DNA of 64,000 nucleotides from positions 1-64,000 of the forward strand of contig CAWAAW010000040.1 of the NCBI GenBank assembly GCA_963779785.1. Reading direction: 5' to 3'. This stretch comes from an uncultured Planctomycetota bacterium. GTDB taxonomy: Bacteria; Planctomycetota; Planctomycetia; Isosphaerales; Isosphaeraceae. A program made the position numbers and the translations under genes. Position 1 is the stretch's first letter, and each line of letters opens with the position of its first letter. The notes below the pieces were generated by a model. That model did no database searches. It was not told where the DNA came from and was given only the letters and a program-made list of their open reading frames with translations. This document shows, in pieces, positions 10,930-21,236 of the stretch.

Positions 10930-11997
10930 ATGGCTTCGCTCTTAACCGATCTGCGGGTGCTGGCACGTGGGACCTACCTTCAGTACGTCACGCGCATAAA
11001 GCTGCTGGACGACGCGATCATCCGGTCCAACGAACCGGAGGAGGTTCTGACTTATACCTACAAGAACAACGATCTGGGGAGCCGCTTCATCATTCCTTGG
11101 CGAAAGGTCAAGGGGAAGGTCCGCCGCATGGCGATGGAGAGGATGCGCGGCCTTGAGATCGCACCCGACTGCCACCTCAAGGATGGCCTCTGCATGAAAT
11201 GTCCTTGCTGCGTCCTCTTCGGTGGGACAGGCGACGTGTCGACCGCTAGGGTCGACTATAACCTCCTGTCCCGCGTTCTCGGCGACACGTTCATCTCGAC
11301 CGAGCGTGTCGTTAAGTTCAACAGCTACACAGCAAACGCCGTCGACGAAAAGACCCTGAAGACGGGCCAGGCGCTTATGGCCATAAACAAGGTGCCCGCC
11401 GAGACAGAGTTCGTCGGTGTAGTCACCCTCCGCGATCCCACGAAGGAGTCGGCGGCTATCGTTCAAGACGCACTCCTGCGCCTGACGCGGATCGGTGCCA
11501 GCACCCGCGAGTGGGGCCGATGCCAGACGACGGTTGAAGGCTACCATCTGGCTGATCATGAGGAGACTTCCAGCTACGAGTTGGCGGCCAAGAAGCTCCT
11601 AAATCTGGATTCTATCGCCACTCTTCAATTGCCTTCTGCCGATGAGGCCTTCAAAGCCTTCGCCCAACAGTGCGATGCGATGATGCAAGGGTCCGGCACG
11701 CAAAGAAGTCTGGATCCAGTCAAACCGCGAGGCCATCGGCGGCGCCGCCGCTACACGCGCTACCGCCGCGGCGAAGAAATCTGGGGGCGAAGACTCCGCA
11801 AAGGGCTCGAAGTAATCACCGATCGACAAGGGCGATGGATGATCTTCTTCCGCTACCGAATCACCCTTTTCGATCCGCTCTATTATGCCCGCGAGGGACT
11901 TTTCGGGGCGTTTACGCCCCACGTGCTCCACGGTACGGCCGTCAATCATGCGGTGACGGCCGCTCTCGGTCTACACCCGGAGCCCAGCCTTACCTGA
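10930..11997 (+). CDS. csc2: Cas7 backbone protein, Csc2-like (type I-D)
   Basis: It is an intact 355-aa ORF with a Cys cluster CMKCPCCVLFGG. It lies between the large subunit and cas5. Confidence 0.75.
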   Translation: MASLLTDLRVLARGTYLQYVTRIKLLDDAIIRSNEPEEVLTYTYKNNDLGSRFIIPWRKVKGKVRRMAMERMRGLEIAPDCHLKDGLCMKCPCCVLFGGTGDVSTARVDYNLLSRVLGDTFISTERVVKFNSYTANAVDEKTLKTGQALMAINKVPAETEFVGVVTLRDPTKESAAIVQDALLRLTRIGASTREWGRCQTTVEGYHLADHEETSSYELAAKKLLNLDSIATLQLPSADEAFKAFAQQCDAMMQGSGTQRSLDPVKPRGHRRRRRYTRYRRGEEIWGRRLRKGLEVITDRQGRWMIFFRYRITLFDPLYYAREGLFGAFTPHVLHGTAVNHAVTAALGLHPEPSLT

Positions 11998-12017
11998 TTT
12001 CAGAGTCGAATGGCGGC

Positions 12018-12680
12018 ATGGACGTTCCCCGTTACGCCGATAGTCGGGCTAGCCACCATTTTTACTTTACCCCCGCCGCGGTCGAGGGGTCGCCGGGGGA
12101 CTGGAGCGAGATCACCAAAGGGGATAATGAGGGCTACCTGTTCCGCGTGAAGGCGGGCGAGATCCTCAAGGCGACCCAACTTCACTTCCTGCCTCCGGAG
12201 ACTCGGTTCACGGGTCTGGCCTTGGCCGTGGACGAAGAGATGACCTTCCCCAAGCGGATACGTCTGGGGTCCTTCCGCGGGGTGGCGTGGCTGGAAATGG
12301 ACGCTGCCGAGTCCATCAAAGCGATTGGGGGTCCTGCACCCGTGGATCATACGGTCGATCCGCTCGTTTCCAGTCCGGTTCGGGGCGTGATGCTGAACCT
12401 GTTTCCCTACCCGCTCGTGCAGAACGCCGTTTGTCCGAAGGTTTATGAGCTGAAGTTCCAGCGATCTACGTTAGGCTCCAAGAGCCGCTCGCCTGGCCTG
12501 GCCCGACGGCTATACAGAACCATCCCCGATCGAGCGCTGCGCCGAGAGGCCCGGTGGCGATTTTGTGACTTGAACCCATACTGGAGAACCCATCATGATG
12601 GTACCCCTCCTCACTGCCAAGATACGCACCGATCAGCCTGTTCGTGGCGTTCCGGCCCTACTCCGGGGTTATCTTGGTAG
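12018..12680 (+). CDS. csc1: Cas5, Csc1-like
   Basis: ATG at 12018 lies 21 nt after the csc2 stop, and the protein is about 220 aa (MDVPRYADSRASHHFYFTPAAVEG...). It is placed by position between cas7 and cas6. Confidence 0.55.
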   Translation: MDVPRYADSRASHHFYFTPAAVEGSPGDWSEITKGDNEGYLFRVKAGEILKATQLHFLPPETRFTGLALAVDEEMTFPKRIRLGSFRGVAWLEMDAAESIKAIGGPAPVDHTVDPLVSSPVRGVMLNLFPYPLVQNAVCPKVYELKFQRSTLGSKSRSPGLARRLYRTIPDRALRREARWRFCDLNPYWRTHHDGTPPHCQDTHRSACSWRSGPTPGLSW

Positions 12681-13316
12681 TCGGCAGCCCGAGAACGTTC
12701 TGCTTCATCAACACGTCGGCGAGGGGGCGAGCACTCGCGTGGTCTATCTCTATCCGCGTGTGCAATATCACCTTCGAGATGGAGTCCCCATGATCGTCGG
12801 GGTTGCCGATGGGATCGCTGCAGTAAAGCACGCCACGGAGACCTTGGACGTTCTTGAGTTGGCGGGATGGCGTTACCGCGTCGTGGGCGTTGACTATCAG
12901 GAGGGCGAGGTTGAGATCGACGAAAGAGCCGAGCCCTGCCGTTATACCTTCGCTTCGCCCTGGCTCGCGCTCAACCAGAAGAACCACCTGGGCTACCGGG
13001 CCGCCTCGTGGCACGATCGGCGGGACCTGTTGAAGCGGATCCTGGTCGGCAACGTCCTTTCACTGTGCAAGTCTCTTGATTTCGCCGTCGTCCAGCGGCT
13101 GAATGCGATCGTCGATCTCCGCCCGATACCCGTCTATGTCAAGAAGCAAAAGCTGGTCGGATTCTGGGCTCCTTCGCGATCAACTTCCAGCTCGCTTCTG
13201 GCCTTGGGATCGGTCACATGGTCAGTCTTGGATTCGGAGAGGTTGCAGCAGTGAATTCGGACCGAGGTGGGAGCGCGACCGACTCTCCCTGCGCCAACTG
13301 GAAACGCGGCAGGTGA
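12595..13316 (+). CDS. cas6: Cas6 endoribonuclease
   Basis: It occupies the last position of the effector operon. A Cas6-type glycine-rich loop GIGHMVSLGFG is recovered only after a -1 shift at the GGG run near 13168. Confidence 0.65.
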
Positions 13317-13824
13317 ATCAAGGGCCCCGTACAGTACGAACACTGCTGCGCAGGCATCTGCACCTCCAGCTTATGCGAAGAACCGCGTAATGACCTCGCC
13401 TGGCAGGAAGGGTGAGGCCACGAAGCCGGAGGCCGAGTTGAGGGTGGTCATCCGGTCGAAGCAGCCGATCAGTTCCGGGACGATCAACCGTCGGCGTAGC
13501 CGCGCCCGGATGCTCATCGGCCCGGGTACTGGCGAATCGTTTCATCCGGCCCACTGGCCATTCCGCCTGCGGCCAAGTTGAGCCCGAAGCCGAGTACCGG
13601 CCGCCAACACGAAGAAACCGGGAAACGAACCCAGCTCGGATTTGCCGACTGTGACGAAAATCATGATTCGAGCGACCAACGTTCGGGCCCGAAACCCATC
13701 GCCGACTGCCAGCATGAGATTTGCGAAACGAACTTTCATTGCGCTTGTGCGGCACCCAACTGTATGAAAATGAAGTCCGCATTCTTGCATGAATGTCGAA
13801 AGTGAGTCATCTTTTCAGAGTCAG

Positions 13825-14740
13825 TTCCGATTATTCGGGCGTCACACGTTACCTCAAGTCCTGTCGAGAGTTATATCAAGCAGTGATGGTCCGATTAGGC
13901 ATCGTCCCAAAATCGTCCACAGGTATAGTGTACGAACTTGACACTTTGCGATCAAAAGGACATGAGTGTCCGGAAACGCAAATCTTCTCAGATTCGTCAT
14001 TTACAGAATCCATGATCCGGAAGACCACTACTGAACAGTGTCAAGTCGCCGAAGGTCGGTTTGGGACGATCCCTCCGATTATTCAGGCGTCACACGTAAG
14101 TCCAATGCCTGAAAGGCTGTGACGCCGTGACGGCGTATTTGGCCCCCCCCACCTTTGTGCCGCGCTGCTCCGCAATCGTACCGCGGATCGGGTCATTCAC
14201 CGTTCACTTCGGATCGTCTGAGTGCGAGGAGGCCGAGTCAGGCCTCAATTCGCGTAACAACAGAAACGACATGGGTTCTCGGCTCGGCTGATGTGGTCAG
14301 GACCAACTTTGCATTGCGCGTCGGGCTAATATTGCCGGTCTCCTCGACACCACTCTCCTTGGGGAACTTTCGGCCGGCCGGTCACCTAAGCCGAAGGCAT
14401 GAGAAAGTCGCGGTTGTAACGCTCGCCGCGATTATCCAGGCGCCCAGCCGTAAGTACCTAATAAATCACCGCATATGGCAATGCTCCGCCACGGATCGCT
14501 TTATGCGGATTAGTCGGGCGCGCGAGCATAACTCGATGTGGACATTCAACATACGTTAGATTGTTAAACTGGGCCGGTTATGCGGGCGCCAAATCGTAAT
14601 ATGATGGTGCTTCAAGAGATACGACAAAATGTCCGATCGTGCCGAAAATGCGGGCGCCTAGGTAGAAGTTGATGATCTGCATAGGGTTAGAGCGATTCTT
14701 CGAACTTCCGATTATTCCGGCGCCCATGCGGAACTCGAAG
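13825..14740 (+). repeat. degenerate periodic repeat array with core CCGATTATTCNGGCG[CT]C; there are at least 7 recognisable units, and the last five are regularly spaced at 66-75 bp
   Basis: Units lie at 13825, 14073, 14427, 14505, 14571, 14640 and 14705. The region is ~50% GC and has no convincing ORF. The core resembles the 3' half of the true repeat (GATT..TCG.GCGTCA.C). Unit 2 forms an inverted repeat with 14117-14126. Confidence 0.45.
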
Positions 14741-15199
14741 CGGCATTGCGAGATGTGGACGAATCCGTTTTTGCCGGGCGCCTTTTGGCGCGCGGTCCCG
14801 AGTGCGATGACGCTTCACGAGGCTTTGACGAGCGACACGCCCGTTTCCTGTGATGGGTAAGGCGACCGGCAGGAAATAAACGACCAGGGCGGCGCTCGTG
14901 GACATACCAACCCGACGCGCAGGCGAGGGGACCGGCGGTGTCACGCGCCGGCCTTGGCCAGCGTCCCTCGCTTGCGCGTCGGGTGAGTGTGGCCGGGCTC
15001 CGCAGTCCCGGTATCGATGCGATCGCTCGGAACCGATCAATCCTTGGGTAAGTTTCCACCCGCCGGTCGCCTTAGCGCCCACCCATGTCGTCCGTGTCCT
15101 GGAAGAGCGCGAATGGCGTTGTCGCCCAAGGGAGGCTCGGGGTCGTGAGGATTGGGGTCAGACCATGACTCCCCATTGCTTGATCCAGAGGCCGGAAAC

Positions 15200-16517
15200 T
15201 CAGCGCCTTGCGTTTGAGGCCTTGGCTCGCGGCAGCAGCTCGTGAAGCCGGCCGTCGTGGAACGACAGGATATAGAGCTCACCCTGAGCGTCTTCACCGA
15301 ACGAGGCGATCTTGAGCCCTGGGCTTTGTCTGATGTCGATCAGCTCGCCGTTAGCGAGCAACTGCTTGTTTTCATAGCGGAGGCCCCAGATCCGGCCGGA
15401 TTCAAAGTCGCCGTAGACATAAACCCCAACCAGCTCGGGGAGCTTCTTGCCGCGGTAGACGTAACCGCCGGTGATGCTCAGTCCGCTGTCTCGACGATCG
15501 CGAGTGGGAGCATGGGGGTATTCGACGATCGGCGGCTGGATCCTGGCGGCGGCGTCCGGGCGCTGTCGCCGTTGCGGCTGGAACGGAGTGAAACCCTTCC
15601 CGAATGCTCCAGCCGTAGTTGCCGCCATTTTCGATCAGGTGGACCATTTCCCAGAGGTTCTGCCCGACATCGCCGGCCCATAGGTCGCCGGTCTGCCGGT
15701 CGAAGCTGAACTTCCAGACGTTTCGTAGTCCAATGCAGTACACCTCCGGTGCCCAGTGTGCAAATCGACGGTCGCGCAAGGCCGGATTATCGGCTGGTAT
15801 TCCATAGGCTTTTCCGGGCGTTGGATTATCGACGTCGATCCGTAGAATCGAGGCGAACCAATCCTTGGGATTCTGACCGGTCGACTTGGGATCATCGGCG
15901 GCGCCACTGTCTCCCAGGGTGATGTAAAGGTAGCCGTCCGGCCCGAAGGCGATCGTCCCGCCGTTGTGGTTCTCGAACGGGTCATCCTCCGACACCCAGA
16001 TTCGCTCCTCGCTGGCGGGTTCGGCTTTCCGCGGATTGTCGCTCGACGCTCGGAACCTGGAGACGACCGAACGTCTTCTACCGCCGTCATTGGCCGAATA
16101 ATAGACGAAGAATTCCCTGTTATCCTTGTACTTGGGGTGGAAAGCCAGGCCCAAGAGACCCTCCTCATTGCCACGGTGGATCGGGTCGGTGAGCTTGAGG
16201 AACAATCTCTTGTCACTGGTCTGACGCTGGTTGGGGAACGACCAGATCGTGGCCGTGTGCTGCTCGACCACGAACAGCAGGTTTCCCCCGTCGTCAGGAT
16301 AGGCGAAAGCAACCGGCCGGTCGAACCGCAGGTTCGGGAAGGCGACCTTGGTCGCAAGCGCCGGCAGCGATTGGGTCGCTTTCTTTTGCGCCAGGGCCTT
16401 TTTGGTCTGGGCCTGCGACGGCGATGTCGCAACCAAGACGGCGAGGGTCATCAACGCGACAAGAAGATGGGTAACGAGACGGCGGGGTAATGACTTCGAG
16501 TCGATGTCAGTTGGCAT
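15200..16517 (-). CDS. PQQ-dependent soluble sugar dehydrogenase (glucose/sorbosone dehydrogenase family) with a signal peptide; apparent frameshift near 15620
   Basis: The motifs HNGGTIAFGPDGYLYITLGDSG and GLSITGGYVYRG...ELYILSFHDGRLHEL are present. The start is ATG at 16517 (MPTDIDS...LVATSPSQA) with an AAGGAA ribosome-binding site. Confidence 0.75.
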
Positions 16518-16921
16518 TCTCAACATTCCTTCAATCGGTTCGGAGTAGGTGTGGATTGCGCGAGAGGGCACAATAACCAGGCGAATCCATGCCATCGTAA
16601 AGACGATTCCAATCCGAGCACAACCCGATTGACTGCGACTCCTCACCGAATATTCCCGCTTAGACCCCCTCACCCGGCCTTCGGCCGACTTCTCCCCGCT
16701 GGGGGCGATGAAGTTCGGAAGAAAAGCCTGTGCCTTCCTGACCTTACGACGCAAAGGAGTTTACCGGTCGCGCTCGCCCGTTTTGGGGAATCGAGGCGAG
16801 TTGGGGGGTGACCAGAGAGCTCGATCTTTCCAAATAATCCCAGCAGAGCGGCGAAAATCACTGTTAATCTCATGAGAGAGTGACACTTTGGCAGTCTGGG
16901 TCGTTTTCAAGGAGTTAGGTC

Positions 16922-18654
16922 ATGAATGCATACGACGAGGAGCGCCCGGCACGGCGCGAGCCGCCGCCGACTGCGCGACACGGGCCACCGCCAAGCGGAG
17001 GCGGAGCCCGGGGATTAGTGGGCCTTGGGGGCATCCTGCTGCTGGGCCTCGGGATTTGTGATGGCACTTTACAACTCCTGCAAGATCGACGTGGAAACCG
17101 GCCAGCAGGCCGTCTTGATCCGCCGGGAGGGGCTCGAGCTCGAGCCCGACATGGAACTGGCCCCGCCCCCGAAGGACGGCAAGTCCTACTACAAGGGCGT
17201 CCAGGCGGGCGGACCGAACAACGGAGTCTTGACCGAGGGCCGCTACTTCTACAACCCTTACTACTGGTCGTGGGAGATCAGCCCCCAGTTCGTCGTGCCG
17301 GGCGACAAGATCGGCATCCGGATCGCCTTGAGCGGCGACGACATGCCGCCGGTGCAGATCCTCGCCGAGCCGGGCCAGAAGGGGATCCTCCGCGAGGTCC
17401 TCAAACCGGGGCGCTATCCTTATAACCCGTATGCCGAGTCGATCGAGCTGCACGATCCGGTGACCATCCCCGCGGGCTTTCGCGGCGTCGTGACCCGGCT
17501 CGCCGGCCCCATGCCCAAGGACCCCAACGTCTTCCTGGTCGAGGAAGGCGAGCGCGGGGTTCAGACCAAGACGCTGGACCCGGGTACCTATTACCTCAAC
17601 CCCTACGAGATCCGGGTCAGCCAGGTCGATTGCCGGTCGCGCCGGTTCAACCTCGGCCAGGAAGGCGAGATGAGCTTCCTGTCGGCCGACGGGTTCCCGA
17701 TCACGCTCGACGGCGTGGTCGAGTTTCGCATCCTGCCCGAGAAGGTCGCCGAGATGTTCGTCAAGTACAACGAGTCCGCCAACGGCGATGCGATCGACGA
17801 GGAGATCATCGCCAAGATCATCACGCCCGAGAGTCGATCGCTCTGCCGGATCGGCGGCTCCAAGCTCTCGGGCGGCCAGTTCATCAGCGGCGAGGATCGC
17901 GAGAAGTTTCAAACCGACCTGGTCAAGAGCCTGACCCAGAACTGCCAGAAGCAGGGGATCGAGATCCTGGCGGTGGCGATCACCTCGATCCAGCCTCCCA
18001 GCGACATCACCGAGCCGGTGCAGCAGCGGGAGGTCGCCAAGCAGAAGCTCGCCCAGTTCAAGCGCGAGAAGCTCCAGCAGCTCTCCGAGGCGAAATTGAA
18101 GGTCCAGGTCGTGCTGGCCGAGCAGAAGAAACGCGTGGTCGAGGCCGAGCAGGAGGTCGTCGAGAAGACGACCAAGGCCGAGGAGGAGCAGAAGGTGGCC
18201 GAGACGCTGGCCGAGCAGAAGCTCAAGGTCGCCCAGACCCAGCTCGAGGCCACCAAGGACAAGGCGTCGGCCATCCTCGCCAAGGCCGAGGCCGACGCCG
18301 ACGTGATCAAATTTGACAACGCGGCCGAGGCGGCCGGCCTGGCCGCCCAGGTCTCGGCGTTCGACGGCGACGGCGCGGCCATGGCCCGGAACATGCTGCT
18401 GGGCAAGCTCGCCCCCTCGTTCCGCACGATCCTCGGCAACTCGGAAGGTCCGCTCATGGACCTGTTCAGCCAGTTCACCCAGCGGCCCGAAAAGCCGCGG
18501 TCGCTGTCGCCCGCCGGCTGCAGCCGCTCGCATCGGCACCAGCCCGACGTCCCCACCCAGACCGGCCACGGCGCCCGCGACGAATCGGCTGAGCCCATCG
18601 TCGTCCAAGCCCACTCAATTGCCGGTCGACACTTCGGAGGAGGACAAGCCATGA
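16922..18654 (+). CDS. SPFH/band-7 (flotillin-like) membrane protein with a coiled-coil C-terminal region; 2-3 apparent frameshifts
   Basis: The N-terminal TM segment is GLVGLGGILLLGLGI, followed by three PG-Y-NPY motifs, an SPFH core and an E/A/K-rich coiled coil. Confidence 0.65.
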
Positions 18655-20390
18655 ATCATCCATTTCGAGCTCAATCGCTGGGCACGGTCGCCACGGCCTT
18701 CCTGGCGGTCGTCGTCCTCTACGTGGTCGGTTACCTCGGCATCTGGCAATGGATGGTCTGCCGCATCGAGGTCCCCCCGGGATCCAGCCTGCTCGTCCGC
18801 TACAAGGGCCCCTGGCCGTTTGGCTCGAGCCCCCTGGCGCCGGAGGGAACCCTGGTGCAGACCGCCGTCGCCGGCCGGCCGCTCCAGGTCGGCATCCTCG
18901 AGGCCATGCCCGGACCCGGACGCCATTTTTACTCGCCGCTCGAATACGAGACCCAGCTCGTCAAGGACCAGGTCATTCCTCCCGGCAAGCTCGGCGTCCT
19001 GGTCTCCAAGATCGGCAAGCCGCTCCCCGAGGGCACCTACCTGGTCGACGACAAGGGATTTCGCGGCATCCTTCGCAAGGTCTTGACCCCGGGGCGTTAT
19101 CGAATTAACACGTATGCCTTCGACGTCAAGGTCGTGGATGTCGACGCCTGCGCCGAGCCCAGCACTCGGGTCAAGCGCAAGGCCGACGACCCCACCCTGA
19201 TCCCGCCCGGCTATGTCGGCGTGGTGACCAACAAGGCGAGCGATCCCGCGCACCGGGCAAGAACGCGGCATCCAGAAGGAGGTCCTGCAACCCGGAATTT
19301 ACTTCCTCAATCCCGAGGAGAAGCGGATCGACATCGTCAGCATCGGCTATTCCGAGACCAGCCTGAGTGTGGAAGCCAACGCCAAGCGGCGCTGCCAAGC
19401 CGGGCGTCGTCGCCGCCAAGGACACCGCGGCGCAGATCGACCTGGGCGACCGCCTGGGCACGTCGACGGCCGACGATCCGGTCTACACGCCGGGCAAGGG
19501 CATCGAGTTTCCCTCCAGCGACGGCTTTCCGATTCACCTCGACTACACGGCGATCTGGGGCATACTTCCCGAGCAGGCGCCGAACGTCGTTCGCCAGTTC
19601 GGCACGCTCAAGGATGTCGAGCACAAGGTGATCCTGCCTCAGATCGAGTCGATCTGCCGGCTCCACGGATCGCGGCGAGGCGCCGTCGACCTGCTGGTGG
19701 GAGACACCCGCGAGCAATTCCAGGACGAGACCTCGGCCGAGCTGGAGCGGGTGTTGACGTCAGAAAAACCTGTCGCTGCTCTTCGGCCTGACCCGGCACA
19801 TCTACGTGCCCAAGGCTGTCCGCGAGCCGATCCAGAAGGCCAAGATCGCCGACGAGCTGACCAAGACCCGCGACCAGGAGCAACTGACGGCCCAGGCCCA
19901 GGCCGACCTGACCGAGGCCAAGGCCAAGGTGGTCTTCGGTGAGAAGCGAACCCAGGCGGAAACCGAGAAGAAGGTCGCCGAGGTCGGTGCGGAGGGCGAG
20001 AAGAAAGCCAAGGAAATCGAGGCCATGACCGAGAAGCTCAAGGCCGAGATCGACGCCAAGACCGCGGCCATCGAGGCCCAGACGACCCGAGTGCTCGGCG
20101 AGGCCAAGGCCCAGTCGGTCAAGCTGGCCAAGGAGGCGAAGGCCGAGCGGTTACAGCTCCTGGTCAAGGCGATGGGCGGTCCCGACCCCTACGAGCGCTA
20201 CATCTTCGCCGAGGGTCTGCCGGCCGACCTCAAGTTGGGCATCTTCTACGCCGGTCCGGGCACCCTCTGGACCGACCTGAAAGGATTCGAGCAGACGATG
20301 CTCGGCAAACTCGTCTCCGAGACCCAAGCAGCGGAGAGTTCGACGCCCAAACGATCCGCGGAACGGGTCGTTGATAGCAAGACAGACTGA
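18651..20390 (+). CDS. SPFH/band-7 paralog with a coiled-coil C-terminus; apparent frameshifts near 19250, 19385 and 19790
   Basis: Its ATG at 18651 overlaps the upstream stop (ATGA). It has the same triple-motif architecture, e.g. LTPGRYRINTYAFDVKVVDV and GIQKEVLQPGIYFLNPEEKRIDIV. Confidence 0.65.
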
Positions 20391-20413
20391 ATGAGGAGAA
20401 AGGAGTTAGAGGC

Positions 20414-20511
20414 TAGAAGTTAGAAGTTAGGAGTCAGGAGTTAGAATAAAACATTAATGCGTGTAATTGTTTCCTTCATTCTAACTTCTAACTTCTAACT
20501 CCTAACTCCTT
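20414..20511. terminator. long imperfect hairpin between convergent genes, with a stem of about 33 bp (3 mismatches, 2 GU pairs) and a 30-nt loop
   Basis: agaagttagaagttaggagtcaggagttagaat pairs with attctaacttctaacttctaactcctaactcct. The arms are built from GTTAGAA-like tandem units. Confidence 0.55.
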
Positions 20512-21177
20512 AACTTCTTGCTTGATGAGCCCGTCCTCGATCTCGAGCACCAGGTCGCTGGGCTGGATAAACCGGCGGTCGTGGGTGACGACCACGAGGG
20601 TGCATCCGCGCTTCTCTTGTTGCTCGCGCAGCAGGGCGAAGATCTCGTCGCCCCCCTTGTGGTCGAGGTTTCCGGTGGGTTCATCGGCAAGGAGCACGAC
20701 CGGGTCCTTGACCAGGGCCCGGGCGATCGCCACTCGCTGCTGCTGGCCGCCTGACAGTTTGGACGGCTTGTGAGCAGCCGATGGCCGAGCCCGACCTGGG
20801 TCAAGATGTCCTTGGCCTTGGCTCGACAATCCGGCGTGAGACCCAGCGGGATGAACGGCAAGCAGCACGTTGCCGACCGCGGTGAGGTTATGGATCAGGT
20901 TGAATTGCTGGAAGACAAAACCAATCTTCTGGCGGCGAAAGGCGTCTTGCTTGACCTCGTTCATGGCTGTCAGGTTCTGACCGTCAATGGTGATCGTCCC
21001 TGAGGTCGGGTTGTCGAGCGCGCCCAGCATGTAGAGGAGTGTGCTCTTGCCCGAGCCGGACGGGCCGACGATGAACATGCAGGCCGCTGCCGGCACTTCA
21101 AAGGAAACGCCGCGAACGGCCTGGATGATCTCTTCGCCGCTCCGAAACGACTTTCGCACGTCAGACACGCGAATCAT
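20488..21177 (-). CDS. ABC transporter ATP-binding protein (MacB/LolD-like)
   Basis: It has Walker A GPSGSGKST, the signature LSGGQQQRVAIARAL, and Walker B LLADEPTGNLD. A pair of compensating frameshifts occurs near 20640-20760. Confidence 0.85.
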   Translation of the reverse strand: MIRVSDVRKSFRSGEEIIQAVRGVSFEVPAAACMFIVGPSGSGKSTLLYMLGALDNPTSGTITIDGQNLTAMNEVKQDAFRRQKIGFVFQQFNLIHNLTAVGNVLLAVHPAGSHAGLSSQGQGHLDPGRARPSAAHKPSKLSGGQQQRVAIARALVKDPVVLLADEPTGNLDHKGGDEIFALLREQQEKRGCTLVVVTHDRRFIQPSDLVLEIEDGLIKQEVKELGVRS

Positions 21178-21236
21178 GCAGGTCTTTCTCCACCGTGGTC
21201 CCTGACTGACTGAGGTCGGGTCGAATCCGCCTCGGT

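Noticed and set aside
6500-10950. HD nuclease domain expected for a type I effector (in cas3'' or in the cas10d N-terminus)
   Set aside because: I recognised no H..HD / H / H / D motif series in any frame. I report its absence as an observation rather than annotating a gene.
16920-18614. 564-aa ORF on the minus strand
   Set aside because: It is antisense to the SPFH gene and has a G/L/D/R-rich low-complexity translation typical of the antisense frame of high-GC coding DNA.
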